64,000 bases of DNA from Gaiellaceae bacterium. Its GTDB lineage: Bacteria > Actinomycetota > Thermoleophilia > Gaiellales > Gaiellaceae. The notes under the pieces were generated by a model. It saw only the letters and a program-made list of their open reading frames with translations. It was not told the origin of the DNA and ran no database searches. Shown here piece after piece: positions 1 through 13,185 of this stretch; position 1 is the stretch's first letter, and every line of letters starts with the position of its first letter. The position numbers and the translations under genes are program-made. Location of the stretch: the NCBI GenBank assembly GCA_035248765.1, contig DATFHC010000176.1:1245-65244 (forward strand), read 5' to 3'.

Positions 1-323
1 TCCGCCAGGTGCTCGTCAACCTGCTCGACAACGCGATCAAGTACTCGCCGGACGGCGGGGAGGTGACGGTCGAGCTTGCGGGAGGCGCCGGCCGGGTTCG
101 CCTGACCGTGCGCGACCAGGGCCTCGGCATCCCGGCGGGCGAGCAGGAGCGGGTCTTCGAGAAGTTCTACCGCCTCGATCCGGCACTCACGCGTGGGGTC
201 GGCGGCAGCGGGCTCGGGCTCTTCATCTCGCGCGAGCTCGTCACGCGGATGGGCGGCTCGCTCACGGTCCGCTCCCAGCCCGGCGCGGGCGCCGCTTTCG
301 TCGTGGATTTGCCCGCGGCTTAG
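1..323 (+). CDS. sensor histidine kinase, C-terminal ATPase domain (5' end outside window)
   Basis: The frame is open from nt 1 (track ORF 9-323). It has the N-box LVNLLDNAIKYSP and the DQGLGIP and GGSGLGL ATP-lid motifs. It is a close paralogue of the C-terminus of the kinase at 59738-63544. Confidence 0.85.
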   Translation, partial: RQVLVNLLDNAIKYSPDGGEVTVELAGGAGRVRLTVRDQGLGIPAGEQERVFEKFYRLDPALTRGVGGSGLGLFISRELVTRMGGSLTVRSQPGAGAAFVVDLPAA

Positions 324-359
324 CGGTCTCTCACTTCCGGCGGCAAACTTAGAGACGAA

Positions 360-1034
360 ATGCTCGTGCTCGTGGCAGACGACGACCGGGCGGTGCGCGA
401 GGCGCTCGAGCGCGCGCTGCAGCTGCACGGCTACGAGGTCGCCCTCGCGTCAGACGGAGACACGGCTCTCTCCGCCGTCGACATGCGCACGCCGGACGCG
501 CTCGTCCTCGACGTAATGATGCCGGGGCTCGACGGCCTCGACGTAACGCGGCGCCTGCGGCGGCAAGGGAACCGCGTCCCGATCTTGCTGCTCACCGCCC
601 GCGACGCGGTCGGCGACCGGGTCGAAGGTCTCGACGCAGGCGCCGACGACTACCTGCCGAAGCCGTACGACCTGGAGGAGCTGCTCGCTCGCCTCCGAGC
701 TCTGCTGCGGCGCTCGAAGCCGGAGGAGCCGGGTGCGCTGCTCCGCTTCGCCGACCTGACGCTGGATCTCGGCTCGATGGATGCGCGGCGCGGCGGCCGC
801 CGCTTCGAGCTGACCACGACGGAGGCCCACCTGCTCGAGCTGTTCATGCGCAACCCGCGCCAGGTGCTGCCACGCTCCCTCATCTACGAGCGGGTCTGGG
901 GCTACGACTTCAGCCACTCCTCCAACGCGCTCGACGTCTACGTCGGCTATCTGCGGCGGAAGACCGAGGCGGAGGACGAGGAGCGGCTGATCCACACCGT
1001 CCGTGGCACGGGCTACGTGCTGCGCGAGCCGTGA
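360..1034 (+). CDS. OmpR/PhoB-family response regulator
   Basis: 224 aa. Receiver domain ([17 protein letters not shown]) plus winged-helix output domain (TVRGTGYVL). There is a 4-nt overlap with the downstream kinase. Confidence 0.9.
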   Translation: MLVLVADDDRAVREALERALQLHGYEVALASDGDTALSAVDMRTPDALVLDVMMPGLDGLDVTRRLRRQGNRVPILLLTARDAVGDRVEGLDAGADDYLPKPYDLEELLARLRALLRRSKPEEPGALLRFADLTLDLGSMDARRGGRRFELTTTEAHLLELFMRNPRQVLPRSLIYERVWGYDFSHSSNALDVYVGYLRRKTEAEDEERLIHTVRGTGYVLREP

Positions 1035-2362
1035 CACTTCGCGCCCGCCTGACGCTCGTGGCGGCCGGTGTCGTCGCCGTCGTGGTGGCGCTCGCTTCCA
1101 CGGCGACCTACTTCCTCATGCGACACCAGCTCTACTCGCAGGTGGATTCCCAGCTCACGGAGCACGCGAAGAACCCGGATGCGCAGATCAACGGCTTCAA
1201 CCCGTATCAGCAGGACTACGTGGCGAAGATCTTCCCGAACGGCGTGGCCACGGCCGACAGCGCGAATCTCACGATCGACTCGAAGATCAAGGAGGTCGCC
1301 GTGGGGAAGCGTCGGCGCTTCTACCGCGACATCACCGTGACGGGCCACAACTTCGTCACGGGGCGGGCCCTGACTCTGCGGATGCGTGAGGCTGTCCTGC
1401 CCGTCTCGGGCGGGGGAGCAGTCGTCGTCGCACGCGACATCAGCTTCATTGAGCGCGATCTCGATCGGTTGCGGCTCGTCCTGATCCTCGTCTCCTTCGG
1501 TGGGATTGCGGTTGCTGCGGCGATTGCCGCACTCGTCGCAGGGACCACGTTGGCTCCTGTGCGCCGGCTGACTGCGGCCGCCGAGCGGATCGCAGAGACC
1601 GGAGAGCCGAGCGAGCGCGTCCCGGAGGGAGGGAGGGATGAGCTCGCGCGCCTCGGAGCCTCCTTCAACACGATGCTCGCCTCGCTCGAGGAGTCCCTCG
1701 AGACGCAGCGACGGTTCGTGGCGGACGCCTCCCACGAACTGCGCACGCCGCTGACCAGCCTCCAGACCAACATCGACGTCCTGCGCGGAGACATCAAGCT
1801 CGACCCGGAGCAGCGCCGGAGGCTGCTCGACGACCTGCACCGCGAGTCGCAGGAGATGCGCGCGCTGATCGCCGGCCTCCTCGAACTGGCGCGTGGTGGC
1901 GCCCAGGTTGCAAAGGAGGAGTTCCAGCTCGACGAGCTCGTCGAGGCTGGCGTCGAACGCGCCCGCACCCGATTCCCCGCGGTCCAGTGGGAGACCAACG
2001 GGCTCGAGCCGACGATCGTCGACGGCTATCGCGATCGCATGGAGCGCGCCGTCTGGAACCTGCTCGAGAACGCGGGCAAGTGGACCGGCGAAGGCGGCTC
2101 TGTCGAGGTCTCGCTCGCCGGAGGTGAGCTGCGCGTGCGCGATCACGGGCCCGGATTCGCCGACGAGGACCGGCCGCTCGTGTTCGATCGCTTCTACCGC
2201 TCGGCCGCGGCCCGGGCGATGCCCGGCGCAGGGCTCGGACTGGCCATCGTCCGCGAGGTGGCGGAGGCGCACGGCGGGACGGTCGAGGCCAAGAATGCGG
2301 ACGGAGGCGGCGCGATCGTACTGCTCAGCCTCAACGGAGCCGCTCGCTCGGCGGTCTCTTAG
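1031..2362 (+). CDS. membrane sensor histidine kinase (TM-sensor-TM-HAMP-HisKA-HATPase)
   Basis: 443 aa. Two hydrophobic segments ([17 protein letters not shown] and [23 protein letters not shown]), H-box [10 protein letters not shown]-box [10 protein letters not shown]-box GAGLGLAIV. Confidence 0.9.
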   Translation: MTLRARLTLVAAGVVAVVVALASTATYFLMRHQLYSQVDSQLTEHAKNPDAQINGFNPYQQDYVAKIFPNGVATADSANLTIDSKIKEVAVGKRRRFYRDITVTGHNFVTGRALTLRMREAVLPVSGGGAVVVARDISFIERDLDRLRLVLILVSFGGIAVAAAIAALVAGTTLAPVRRLTAAAERIAETGEPSERVPEGGRDELARLGASFNTMLASLEESLETQRRFVADASHELRTPLTSLQTNIDVLRGDIKLDPEQRRRLLDDLHRESQEMRALIAGLLELARGGAQVAKEEFQLDELVEAGVERARTRFPAVQWETNGLEPTIVDGYRDRMERAVWNLLENAGKWTGEGGSVEVSLAGGELRVRDHGPGFADEDRPLVFDRFYRSAAARAMPGAGLGLAIVREVAEAHGGTVEAKNADGGGAIVLLSLNGAARSAVS

Positions 2363-2370
2363 CTTTTTTT
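2337..2370 (+). terminator. candidate intrinsic terminator after the RR/HK operon
   Basis: A GAGCCGC-N7-GCGGtCTC stem (7 bp, one bulge) spans the stop codon. It is followed by a T7 run (2364-2370), which is exceptional in this GC-rich DNA. Confidence 0.4.
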
Positions 2371-2517
2371 CATCCTGGAGTGGTTCGATTGGCGATGCAT
2401 CGAACCCCTCCCGGTCCGGCCGCTTCGGTCGGCCGTGGCCAGCTCGGTCCGGCGTCTTCCCGGATCCCCTGCGGTGAAGGCGCCGGACTGTGCGGGTTCG
2501 ATTCGCAGTGAGGCAGC

Positions 2518-4437
2518 TCAGCCGACGACGCTCAGCACCTGGTCGTACTCCGGGAGCAGATCGCGTTCGAGGCCGGCGTCCGCACGATCGCCCGCCCGGA
2601 GCGGTACGACGACGCGAACCGCCCCGCCGCGCACGAATCCGATGCGGTCGGGCCCGAGGTCGAGCGGCTCGTAGTTGCCGGCGAACGCCTCGGGCCGTTC
2701 CGCGCGGAGACGCAGGACGCGCCGGATGAGGTGGGCCTTCATTGTCCGCCGGGTGGGCGTCCGCTCCCGCAGCACGGAAATGTGCGCGGGCCAGTCGACG
2801 GGACGGCGGTTGTCCGGGTCGACGAGGTTGAGCGACAGGAGCGCGTCGCCCTGGTAGAGGTCGGGCACTCCCGGGCTCGTCAGTCGAAGGAGTAGCGCCC
2901 CGAGCGACGCATGCTCTCCGGCTCTGGCCACGAGCGCCGCGAACGGCTCGAACTCGTCGAGGAACTCGTGATTCGAATAGAGGTTCCGCACGAACTGCTG
3001 CACACGGAGCTCGTGCGCCTCGTCCGGGTCGAGCCAGCTCGTCGTGCGCTTTCCCTCGCGCAGCGCCTTCTGGAGATAGAGCTCGAGGCGTGAGGGGACG
3101 ATCGGCCACGCGCCGACCAGCGTCTGCCAGACGAGGTACTCCTCGTTCGGATCGTCCATCCCGCCTGTGATGGCGCGCCAGCGGCGAACCTGCTCGGCCC
3201 ATTCGTCGTGTAGGCCTGAGAGCGCGCCGATGCGCGCGCGCACGTCGCCGGCACGTTTCGTGTCGTGCGTCTGGGAGGCGAGCAGCGTGTGCGGGTGGTG
3301 CTCGAGCCGCTCGAGTGCGGCACGGTGGAACTCCTCCGGCGAGAGCGAGAAACGGTCGGGATTGCCGCCGACCTCGTTCAGCGCGGTGAGGCGGAACCAG
3401 CGGTAGAACGCCGTGTCCTCGACGCCCTTTGCCATCACGGCGCCGGTGGTCTGCTGCCAGCGTGTGACGAACTCCGGTTCCTCGAAGCCGAGGATCACAC
3501 GGCGCAGATCCTCGGGCAGTACCGCGCACGCGTTGCGGTCCTCGTCGCCGACCCGGTCGCGCTCGACGTACGTCCGGTAGACGCGCAATGCGGCCGCAGC
3601 CTGCTCGAGCTTGTCGTGCGGATGAAGGGCGCGGAGCCGCTCGAACTCCTGCGCAAAGGTCGTCTCCGCCACCTCGAGCTTCGCCTCGTATGCGACCTCC
3701 GCGAAGCTTCGCCCCTCGCCCGTCAGCTCCGCGTAGAGCTCGGTCATCGGCTCTTCTCCCGCGGGATCGACGAAGAGCGCGGTCACGTCGTTCGCGAACT
3801 CGTATCCCGTCGTCCCCTCGATCGGCCAGTCGGGGCGCAGCCGCTCGCCCGGCTCGAGGATCTTCTCCACCCAGATGCGCTCGGCCCCTCGCTCGCGCAG
3901 GCGATCGAGGTACTCGCGCGGATTCGCGAGCCCGTCGGGATGGTCGATGCGTAGCCCGTCGACGAGTCCGTCGCGCACGAGCTCGAGGGTCTTCGCGTGT
4001 GTCTCGCCGAAGATCTCGGGGTCCTCGACTCGCACGCCGGCGAGCTCGCCGATGTCGAAGAAGCGGCGGTACCAGCCGGTCTCGCGGTCCCAGTCGAAGA
4101 ATCTCACGCGCAGCTCCGGATCGCGCCAGAAGCGGTTCTCGTCCTCCGAGGTCGCCATGTGGTTTGGAACGACGTCGAGGATCGTGCCGAGACCGGCTGC
4201 GTGGGCCGCCTCGCAGAGGGCGCGCAGCTCCTCCTCGCCGCCGAGCTCGGCAGAGACCCGCGTCGGATCGACGACGTCGTAGCCGTGCGTCGAGTCGCGC
4301 CGCGCCTGCAGAACGGGAGAGAGATAGAGGTGGGAGACCCCCAGCTCGGCGGCGTACGGGACCACGACCTCACGGGCCCGGCGAAAGCCGAGCTCGTGCG
4401 TGAGCTGGAGGCGGTACGTGCAGCGGAAATCGGCCAC
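2518..4437 (-). CDS. treY: maltooligosyl trehalose synthase
   Basis: 639 aa, GTG start. N-terminus ADFRCTYRLQL; GH13 motifs DVVPNHM and GLRIDHPDGL. It is the last gene of the minus-strand glucan operon. Confidence 0.9.
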   Translation of the reverse strand: MADFRCTYRLQLTHELGFRRAREVVVPYAAELGVSHLYLSPVLQARRDSTHGYDVVDPTRVSAELGGEEELRALCEAAHAAGLGTILDVVPNHMATSEDENRFWRDPELRVRFFDWDRETGWYRRFFDIGELAGVRVEDPEIFGETHAKTLELVRDGLVDGLRIDHPDGLANPREYLDRLRERGAERIWVEKILEPGERLRPDWPIEGTTGYEFANDVTALFVDPAGEEPMTELYAELTGEGRSFAEVAYEAKLEVAETTFAQEFERLRALHPHDKLEQAAAALRVYRTYVERDRVGDEDRNACAVLPEDLRRVILGFEEPEFVTRWQQTTGAVMAKGVEDTAFYRWFRLTALNEVGGNPDRFSLSPEEFHRAALERLEHHPHTLLASQTHDTKRAGDVRARIGALSGLHDEWAEQVRRWRAITGGMDDPNEEYLVWQTLVGAWPIVPSRLELYLQKALREGKRTTSWLDPDEAHELRVQQFVRNLYSNHEFLDEFEPFAALVARAGEHASLGALLLRLTSPGVPDLYQGDALLSLNLVDPDNRRPVDWPAHISVLRERTPTRRTMKAHLIRRVLRLRAERPEAFAGNYEPLDLGPDRIGFVRGGAVRVVVPLRAGDRADAGLERDLLPEYDQVLSVVG

Positions 4438-4465
4438 GGATGCCGTGCTTACCCGCCCAGCGCGT

Positions 4466-6559
4466 TCAGACTCGCCGCAGCAGCAACAACGAGTGCTCCT
4501 GCACGGCGACGAGCGCCCGCGCGCCGAGGGGGCCGTACGGCGCCTCGCCCGTGGCGAGCTCGACGTCCCAGCGTGCGCCGAAGCGCCGCGCCGGGAGCGT
4601 GAAGACGACCGGCTCCGAATGGACGTTGAACACGAGCAGGAACGATTCCCCGAAGATCGCCTCCCCGTGTGGGGTCCGCTCGCGGATCTCCCGGCCGTTG
4701 AGGAACACGCCGAGTGTCCGCGTCTCCGGGTTCGTCCAGTCGCGCTGCGTCATGCGCCGCCCGTCGGGGCGGAACCACCACGCATCCGGCAGCCCACTTT
4801 CCCCGGCGTTCCCGGTCAGGAACGACGTTCTCCGGAACACGGGATGCTCGCGGCGCAGTGCGATCAGGCGGCGCACGAACTCGATCAGCTCGCCGTCGGC
4901 CGAAGCCCAGTCGAACCAGGAGATCTCGTTGTCCTGGCACCACGCGTTGTTGTTGCCGCCCTGCGTGCGACCGAGCTCGTCGCCGCCGAGCAGCATCGGC
5001 ACGCCCTGCGAGAGAAGCAGCGTCGTGAGGAAGTTCCGCTGCTGCCGCGCCCGCAGCGCCAGCACCGCAGGGTCGTCGGTCGGGCCCTCGGCGCCCAGGT
5101 TCCACGAGCGGTTGTCGTCTGTCCCGTCGCGGTTGTCCTCGAGGTTCGCCTCGTTGTGCTTGTCGTTGTACGAGACGAGGTCGTTCAGCGTGAAGCCGTC
5201 GTGCGCGGTGACGAAGTTGATCGACGCGAATGGGTCGCGGCCGTTCTCGTCGTACAGATCCGCGGACCCGGTGAAGCGCTGCGCGAACTCGCCCACGCCG
5301 CCCTGCCCGCGCCAAAAGTCGCGCACGGAGTCGCGGTACTTCCCGTTCCACTCGGCCCAGAGGACGGGGAAGTTGCCGACCTGGTAGCCGCCCGGCCCGA
5401 CGTCCCAGGGCTCGGCGATCAGCTTCACCTGCGACAGCACCGGGTCCTGGTGGATCGTGTCGAAGAACGCCGAGAGCCGGTCGACGTCGTAGAACTCGCG
5501 CGCGAGCGCCGACGCGAGGTCGAAGCGGAAGCCGTCGACGCGGCACTCGAGCACCCAGTAGCGGAGCGAGTCCATGATCAGCCGCAGCACCGACGGGTGG
5601 ATGGGGTTGAGCGAGTTGCCCGTCCCCGTGAAGTCCATGTAGAAGCGCAGGTCGTCGGGCATCAGGCGGTAGTAGCTCCGGTTGTCGAGCCCGCGGAAGG
5701 AGAGCATCGGCCCGAGGTGGTTCCCCTCGGCCGTGTGGTTGTAGACGACGTCGAGGATCACCTCGATGCCGGCGCCGTGCAGCGCCTTGACCATCCCCTT
5801 GAACTCGCGCACCTGCTCGCCGTCGGAGCCGGTGGCTGAGTAGGACGCGTGCGGCGCGAGATAGCCGATCGAGGAGTAGCCCCAGTAGTTCGTCAGGCCG
5901 CGGTCGTGCAGGAAGCCCTCGTCGGCGATGTGGTGGATGGGGAGCAGCTCGACCGCCGTCACGCCGAGCTCGCGGAGGTACGCGAGCGCGGGCTCGGAGG
6001 CGAGCGCGGCGTACGTTCCGCGGAGGTCGTCGCGGATCTCCGGATGCCGCTGCGTGAAGCCCTTCGTGTGGACCTCGTAGATGACGGTGTCATTCCAGGC
6101 GGTCTGCGGCGGCTCGTCGCCCTCCCAGTCGAACCCCGGATCGACCACGACGCACTTCGGAATCGCTTCAGCATCGTCCTCGTCATCGGGCTCGAGATCG
6201 GCGTCCTCGAGCGGCCCGGGGACGTACGGCAGGACGTTCGCTCGCTCCCACTGCACCGGCCCCTCGATCGCCTTCGCGTACGGGTCGATCAGGAGCTTGT
6301 TCGGGTTGAAGCGGTGGCCGGCGGCCGGGTCGTACGGGCCGTGCACGCGGTAGCCGTAGCGCTGACCCGGCCCGACGCCCGGGAGGTAGCAGTGCCAGTT
6401 GTGGGCCGTGACGTCGCTCAGGTCGAAGCGCGTCTCGCCGTCGCCGTCGAACAGGCAGAGCTCCACGCGCTCGGCGTGCTCGGAGAAGAGCGCGAAGTTC
6501 GTTCCCCCGCCGTCCCACGTCGCACCGAGCGGGAACGGCCGTCCCGGCCAGACCTCCAT
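4466..6559 (-). CDS. glgX: glycogen debranching enzyme GlgX/TreX
   Basis: 697 aa. N-terminus [26 protein letters not shown]; GH13 motifs DVVYNHT, GFRFDLA, EPWD. The ATG shares 1 nt with the treZ stop (TGATG). Confidence 0.93.
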   Translation of the reverse strand: MEVWPGRPFPLGATWDGGGTNFALFSEHAERVELCLFDGDGETRFDLSDVTAHNWHCYLPGVGPGQRYGYRVHGPYDPAAGHRFNPNKLLIDPYAKAIEGPVQWERANVLPYVPGPLEDADLEPDDEDDAEAIPKCVVVDPGFDWEGDEPPQTAWNDTVIYEVHTKGFTQRHPEIRDDLRGTYAALASEPALAYLRELGVTAVELLPIHHIADEGFLHDRGLTNYWGYSSIGYLAPHASYSATGSDGEQVREFKGMVKALHGAGIEVILDVVYNHTAEGNHLGPMLSFRGLDNRSYYRLMPDDLRFYMDFTGTGNSLNPIHPSVLRLIMDSLRYWVLECRVDGFRFDLASALAREFYDVDRLSAFFDTIHQDPVLSQVKLIAEPWDVGPGGYQVGNFPVLWAEWNGKYRDSVRDFWRGQGGVGEFAQRFTGSADLYDENGRDPFASINFVTAHDGFTLNDLVSYNDKHNEANLEDNRDGTDDNRSWNLGAEGPTDDPAVLALRARQQRNFLTTLLLSQGVPMLLGGDELGRTQGGNNNAWCQDNEISWFDWASADGELIEFVRRLIALRREHPVFRRTSFLTGNAGESGLPDAWWFRPDGRRMTQRDWTNPETRTLGVFLNGREIRERTPHGEAIFGESFLLVFNVHSEPVVFTLPARRFGARWDVELATGEAPYGPLGARALVAVQEHSLLLLRRV

Positions 6560-8040
6560 CAGCGGGAGAATTCCACGCGGCGGTTGCGGAAGTCGGCGAC
6601 GAGCGTCACGTCGCCGCGCCGCAGGCGCAGGATCTGCGCCTCCTCGTCCACCTCGGTCTCGAGCTCGCGCGGCAGCTCGCGGCGGAGTGCAAGCAGCTCC
6701 CGATAGAGCACGTCCGGCTCCCCCGGCTCGACCTTCGAGCGGAGGAAGGTCTCGACCGCCTGCGGATCGGGCAGCTCCTCGCCGGTGAAGGCGGCGAAGT
6801 CCGCGAACTCGCGCTTCCGTCCCTCACGGGTCGCCTCCGCGATCTCCGGGTCGATGTGGTCCGTGAAGAACTGGAACGGCGCCGTCTCGAATCGCTCCTC
6901 GCCCATGAAGAGGAGCGGCGTGCACGGAGAGAAGAGCGTGACCGCGGCGGCGACGCGGAGCGCGTCCTCCGGCAGGCGGTCTCCGAGCGCCCGGTTGCCG
7001 ACCTGGTCGTGATTCTGGGCGCAGACCACGCTCCGGCGAGGATCGTGGCCGCGGCCCGCCAGGTCGTCCGCTAGCGAGGCGAGCGACCCGTAGCCGGCGT
7101 AGTAGCCGTCGTGCTCGCCCGTGAGGAGGACGTGCAGCTCGTGGTGCGAGCGATCGACCCACTGCGCGTCGTGTCCCCACTCGTCCACGGGCCGCCAGTC
7201 GTCGACCGCCATCTCGGAGATCACGAGCGCATCCCCGACTCGCTGCTTCAGCTCGGCGCAGACGTGGAGGGGCGAGTCGTCGAAGATCGCGTGCACCGCG
7301 TCCAGGCGCAGCCCGTCGACGTGGAAGTCGCGCACCCACTGCTCGGCGTTCTGGATCGCCCACTCGCGCACGCCGCGCTGCGAGTAGTCGAGCGCGTCGC
7401 CCCAGAACGTCTCGTGCCGGTCGGTGAAGTACGGCCCGAACGCGCGGAGTGCCTCGTCGCCCGGGCCGACATGGTTGTAGACGACGTCGAGGATCACCCC
7501 GAGCCCTTCCGCGTGTGCCGCGTCGACGAGGCGCGCGAGGCCGGCCGGACCGCCGTACGCGGGATGCGCGGCATAGGTGTAGAGACCGTCGTAGCCCCAG
7601 CCGCGGGAACCGGGGAAGGTTGCGAGGGGCATCAGCTCGACCGCCGTGACCCCGAGCTCGCGCAGCCCGCGCAGGCGTGGGCTCACGCCGTCGAAGGTTC
7701 CGCCTTCGCTGAACGTGCCGACGTGGAGCTCGTAGAGCACGAGGTCGTCGAGCGCGACCCCGTCCCAGTCGTCGTCGTTCCAGTCGAAGGCGCTCGTGTC
7801 GAGGACGCGCGACGGGCCGCCGACGCCCTGCGGCTGCCAGCGCGAGCATGGGTCGGGCCACGCTGTGCCGTCGACGACGACGACGTAGTCGTCGCCCGCA
7901 AACCGGCCGACCCAGAACTCGTCTTCCGGCTCCAGCTCGACCTCCTCGTTCGAGCGCACCGCTACCGAGCGAGCACCCGGCGCCCAGACGCACACCTCCA
8001 CCGTGCCGTCGTCGCACGGCACGGCTCCCAGCCGAAGCAC
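6559..8040 (-). CDS. treZ: maltooligosyl trehalose trehalohydrolase
   Basis: GH13 with a CBM48-like N-terminus ([15 protein letters not shown]); motifs DVVYNHVGP and GLRLDAVH. The track ORF runs to 8214, but that extension overlaps glgB. The GTG at 8040 lies 5 nt after the glgB stop (493 aa). Confidence 0.85.
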   Translation of the reverse strand: MLRLGAVPCDDGTVEVCVWAPGARSVAVRSNEEVELEPEDEFWVGRFAGDDYVVVVDGTAWPDPCSRWQPQGVGGPSRVLDTSAFDWNDDDWDGVALDDLVLYELHVGTFSEGGTFDGVSPRLRGLRELGVTAVELMPLATFPGSRGWGYDGLYTYAAHPAYGGPAGLARLVDAAHAEGLGVILDVVYNHVGPGDEALRAFGPYFTDRHETFWGDALDYSQRGVREWAIQNAEQWVRDFHVDGLRLDAVHAIFDDSPLHVCAELKQRVGDALVISEMAVDDWRPVDEWGHDAQWVDRSHHELHVLLTGEHDGYYAGYGSLASLADDLAGRGHDPRRSVVCAQNHDQVGNRALGDRLPEDALRVAAAVTLFSPCTPLLFMGEERFETAPFQFFTDHIDPEIAEATREGRKREFADFAAFTGEELPDPQAVETFLRSKVEPGEPDVLYRELLALRRELPRELETEVDEEAQILRLRRGDVTLVADFRNRRVEFSR

Positions 8041-8045
8041 TCCGA

Positions 8046-10183
<2,138 letters not shown>

Positions 10184-10187
<4 letters not shown>

Positions 10188-11527
10188 AGCGCTTCCGCAG
10201 CCGCATTCATGAGGCGCTCGATACCCGCGACCGGGATTCCAACCCAGTCGGGCCGGTTGTCGAGCTCGTAGCGCAGCTCGTAGACGGCCTTCTCGAGCTC
10301 GAACACGGAGAGCAGGCGATCGACCGCGGCGTCGCCGGGCGGCAGCAAGGTCGCGTCGACGGTGTCGAGGTAGCTCTCCAGGAACCGCTCGCGGGCCCGC
10401 TCCTCCCAGCTCTCCGGGATCTCGGCGTCGCGCGTCAGCTCGGCCGCCGTCGCCGCGTAGGCGAAGGAGCGGAGCATGCCGGCGACGTCGCGGAGAGGGG
10501 AGCGCTTGCGGCGGCGCTCGACGAGCGTCCGCGCGGGCTCGCCCTCGAAGTCGAGGATCACCCAATCGTTGTTGCTTATGAACGTTTGCCCGAGGTGGTA
10601 GTCGCCGTGCGTGCGAATCACGCGGCCGGCCGATCCGGCATGGGTGAGCAGGCGCAACTGCTCGCGCACCTCCTCGCCGCGCCCGAGAATCGGCCCCAGA
10701 CGCTCGTCGTCGTCCGGCAGCGCGAGGAAGACCCGCGCGATCTCCTCGTCCACCGTCGCCGTCAAGAGGCCGAGCGACTCGACGCTCGGCTCCTCCGGCG
10801 CGAAGGCCGGATCGCTCGGATCGGCGCCGAGCGCGGTATGCATCTGCGCGGTCACCTCGCCGAGCCGCCCGAGCCGGTCGAGGAACCGCTCCGGCGCATC
10901 GGTGATCTCGTCGAGCGCGAGCTCCCAGCCACCGGCCGCACCCGCGACGTACTCCTGCAGCAGACCGAGCGTCGCCGTCAACGGCCCGCCCGAGTACGTG
11001 TACCAGCCGCCGAGCGCCGGGATGTTGCGGAAGCCCCGCTCCGTGAGGAAGCGAAGCATCTCGAGCTCCGGGTTGATGCCGGGCTCGAGGTGGCGGAAGA
11101 CCTTCAGGATCAGCGCCTCGTCGAAGATGATCGAGCTGTTCGACTGCTCCGAGGAGACGAGCTTCGCGGCCCCGAGCTCGCGGCCGAGCGCCGAGAAGTC
11201 CTCGGCCGGGCTGAACTCGACGACACCCTCCGAGCCCTGCAGCGTGAGGCCGGTCCGCATCGCGCTGACGATCTCGCGCGCGCTCCCCGCGTCCTCCGCG
11301 AGCACGTCGGCCGGGTCAGCCTCGAGGTTGCCGGAGAAGAGGAGCTGGTAGATGTCGTGCGCACCCGTGTCGTAGCGCATCTCGACGAGGGCGAGAGTCA
11401 GCTGCGGCTCGGCCTGCCGGATCGTGACCGTGTCGAGCACCTCGGCGTGCGAGACGGTCCGCGACTTCGCCCCGTACCACCGCTGCGCGGTGACGTGCTC
11501 GATCAGCGCGTTCTCGTCGACGGTCAT
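10184..11527 (-). CDS. pep2: maltokinase (maltose 1-phosphate forming)
   Basis: 447 aa from the ATG at 11527 ([22 protein letters not shown]), which overlaps the treS stop (ATGA). Kinase-fold motifs HGDYHLGQ and DFEGEP. Its position between treS and glgB matches the GlgE pathway. Confidence 0.85.
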
Positions 11528-13185
11528 TCCTCCTGCTCCCCCTGGCGAAGCTGGAACCAGAAGAACCCGCGCGGCGCGAGCGTCAAGAGGTACGGCAGCT
11601 CCCCGATCGGCGGGAAGGCCGTCCGGCCCAGCATCTCCACAGGGACCATACCCGCGTACTCCGAGAGGTCGAGCTGCACGGCCTGGGCCGAGCGCGCGAG
11701 GTTGTGGACGCAGAGGACGATGTCGTCCTCCCACGTCCGGATGTGGGAGAAGATCCGCATGTTGTCGCCGGGCAGCGCCTTGTAGGTGCCGAGCCCGAAG
11801 ACCGGATGCTCCTTGCGGAGCGCGATGAATCGCTGCATCCAGCGCAGGAGCGAGTTCGGTGTGCGGAGCTGCGCCTCGACGTTGATCGCCTGGAAGCCGT
11901 AGACGGGATCCATCAACGGCTGGAGGTACAGCTGAGCCCAGTCGGCGCGCGAGAATCCGGCGTTGCGGTCGCCCGACCACTGCATCGGGGTGCGCACGCC
12001 GTCCCGGTCGCCGAGGTAGACGTTGTCGCCCATTCCGATCTCGTCCCCGTAATACAGAACCGGTGAACCCGGCAGCGAGAAGAGGATCGCGTGCAGGAGC
12101 TCCGCCTCGTCGCGACCCGCGTCGAGGAGCGGCGCGAGGCGCCGTCGGATGCCGAGATTGAGCTTCATCCGCGGGTCTTTCGCGTACTCCGCATACATGT
12201 AGTCCCGCTCCTCGTCCGTGACCATCTCGAGCGTCAGCTCGTCGTGGTTGCGGAGGAAGAGGCCCCACTGGCAGTTGTCGGGAATGTGCGGAGTGCGGCC
12301 GAGGATCTCGTAGATCGGCGTCGAGTCCTCCCGTCGCAGCGCCATGAACATCCGCGGCATGACCGGGAAGTGGAAGCACATCTGGCACTCGTCGCCGTCG
12401 CCGAAGTAGTCGACGACATCCTCCGGCCACTGGTTCGCCTCGGCCAGCAGCAGCCGGTCCGGGTAGCGCGCGTCGACCTCCGCGCGGACGCGCTTCAGGT
12501 AAGCGTGCGTCTCGGGGAGGTTCTCGCCGTTCGTCCCCTCCCGCTCGAAGAGGTACGGCACCGCGTCGAGCCGGAAGCCGTCGATGCCGAGGTCGAGCCA
12601 GAAGCGCAGCACCTCGAGCATCGCCTCTTGCACCTCCGGGTTGTCGAAGTTGAGATCCGGCTGGTGGTGGAAGAAGCGGTGCCAGTAGTACTCGCCGCGT
12701 AGCTGGTCGAGTGTCCAGTTCGACGGCTCGCTGTCGATGAAGATGACCCGGGCCTCGGGATAGCGCTCGTCCGACTCCGACCAGACGTACCAGTCGCTCT
12801 TCGGGCCCGCCGGCTCCGTCCGCGACTCCTGGAACCACGGATGGTCGGCCGAGGTGTGGTTCATCACGAGGTCTGCGATCACGCGCATGCCGCGCTGATG
12901 CGCCTGCTCGACGAACTCGCGGAAGTCCTCGACCGTCCCGTAGTCGGGGTGGAGCGCGAAGAAGTTCGAGATGTCATAGCCGCCGTCGCGCAGCGGCGAC
13001 TCGTACATCGGGAGCAGCCACAGGCAGTCGACGCCGAGCCACTCGAGGTAGTCGAGCTTGTCGATCAGCCCGCGAAAGTCACCGGAGCCGTCGTCGTTGC
13101 CGTCGAAGAAGCCACGAATGTGGATCTCGTAGAAGACCGCCCGCTTGAACCAGAGCGGATCGCGCTCGAACCATTGCTCGCTCAT
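11524..13185 (-). CDS. treS: trehalose synthase (maltose alpha-D-glucosyltransferase)
   Basis: 553 aa from the ATG at 13185 ([22 protein letters not shown]). GH13 motifs DLVMNHTS and [10 protein letters not shown]. The start shares 1 nt with the glgE stop. Confidence 0.93.
   Translation of the reverse strand: MSEQWFERDPLWFKRAVFYEIHIRGFFDGNDDGSGDFRGLIDKLDYLEWLGVDCLWLLPMYESPLRDGGYDISNFFALHPDYGTVEDFREFVEQAHQRGMRVIADLVMNHTSADHPWFQESRTEPAGPKSDWYVWSESDERYPEARVIFIDSEPSNWTLDQLRGEYYWHRFFHHQPDLNFDNPEVQEAMLEVLRFWLDLGIDGFRLDAVPYLFEREGTNGENLPETHAYLKRVRAEVDARYPDRLLLAEANQWPEDVVDYFGDGDECQMCFHFPVMPRMFMALRREDSTPIYEILGRTPHIPDNCQWGLFLRNHDELTLEMVTDEERDYMYAEYAKDPRMKLNLGIRRRLAPLLDAGRDEAELLHAILFSLPGSPVLYYGDEIGMGDNVYLGDRDGVRTPMQWSGDRNAGFSRADWAQLYLQPLMDPVYGFQAINVEAQLRTPNSLLRWMQRFIALRKEHPVFGLGTYKALPGDNMRIFSHIRTWEDDIVLCVHNLARSAQAVQLDLSEYAGMVPVEMLGRTAFPPIGELPYLLTLAPRGFFWFQLRQGEQEE

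Noticed and set aside
2383-2510. GGTTCGATT (tRNA T-loop-like) occurs twice, at 2383 and 2495. The first copy is part of the hairpin GGTTCGAT-N9-ATCGAACC. This raised the idea of a tRNA remnant or att site.
   Set aside because: I could fold no acceptor, D or anticodon arms around either copy, and there is no integrase nearby. It is more likely just hairpins in a convergent gap; the first may help terminate treY or the kinase operon.
1013-3529. Very long ORFs in the six-frame track: 1013-3529 (838 aa), 4400-5839, 14241-16274, 24740-26467, 38793-40778, 57985-59300 and 60938-62899, plus dozens of shorter ones.
   Set aside because: They lie antisense to, or out of frame with, genes that have clear family motifs. 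Their translations are Arg/Pro/Gly/Ala-rich and low complexity, which is the expected shadow-ORF artefact of roughly 70% G+C DNA.
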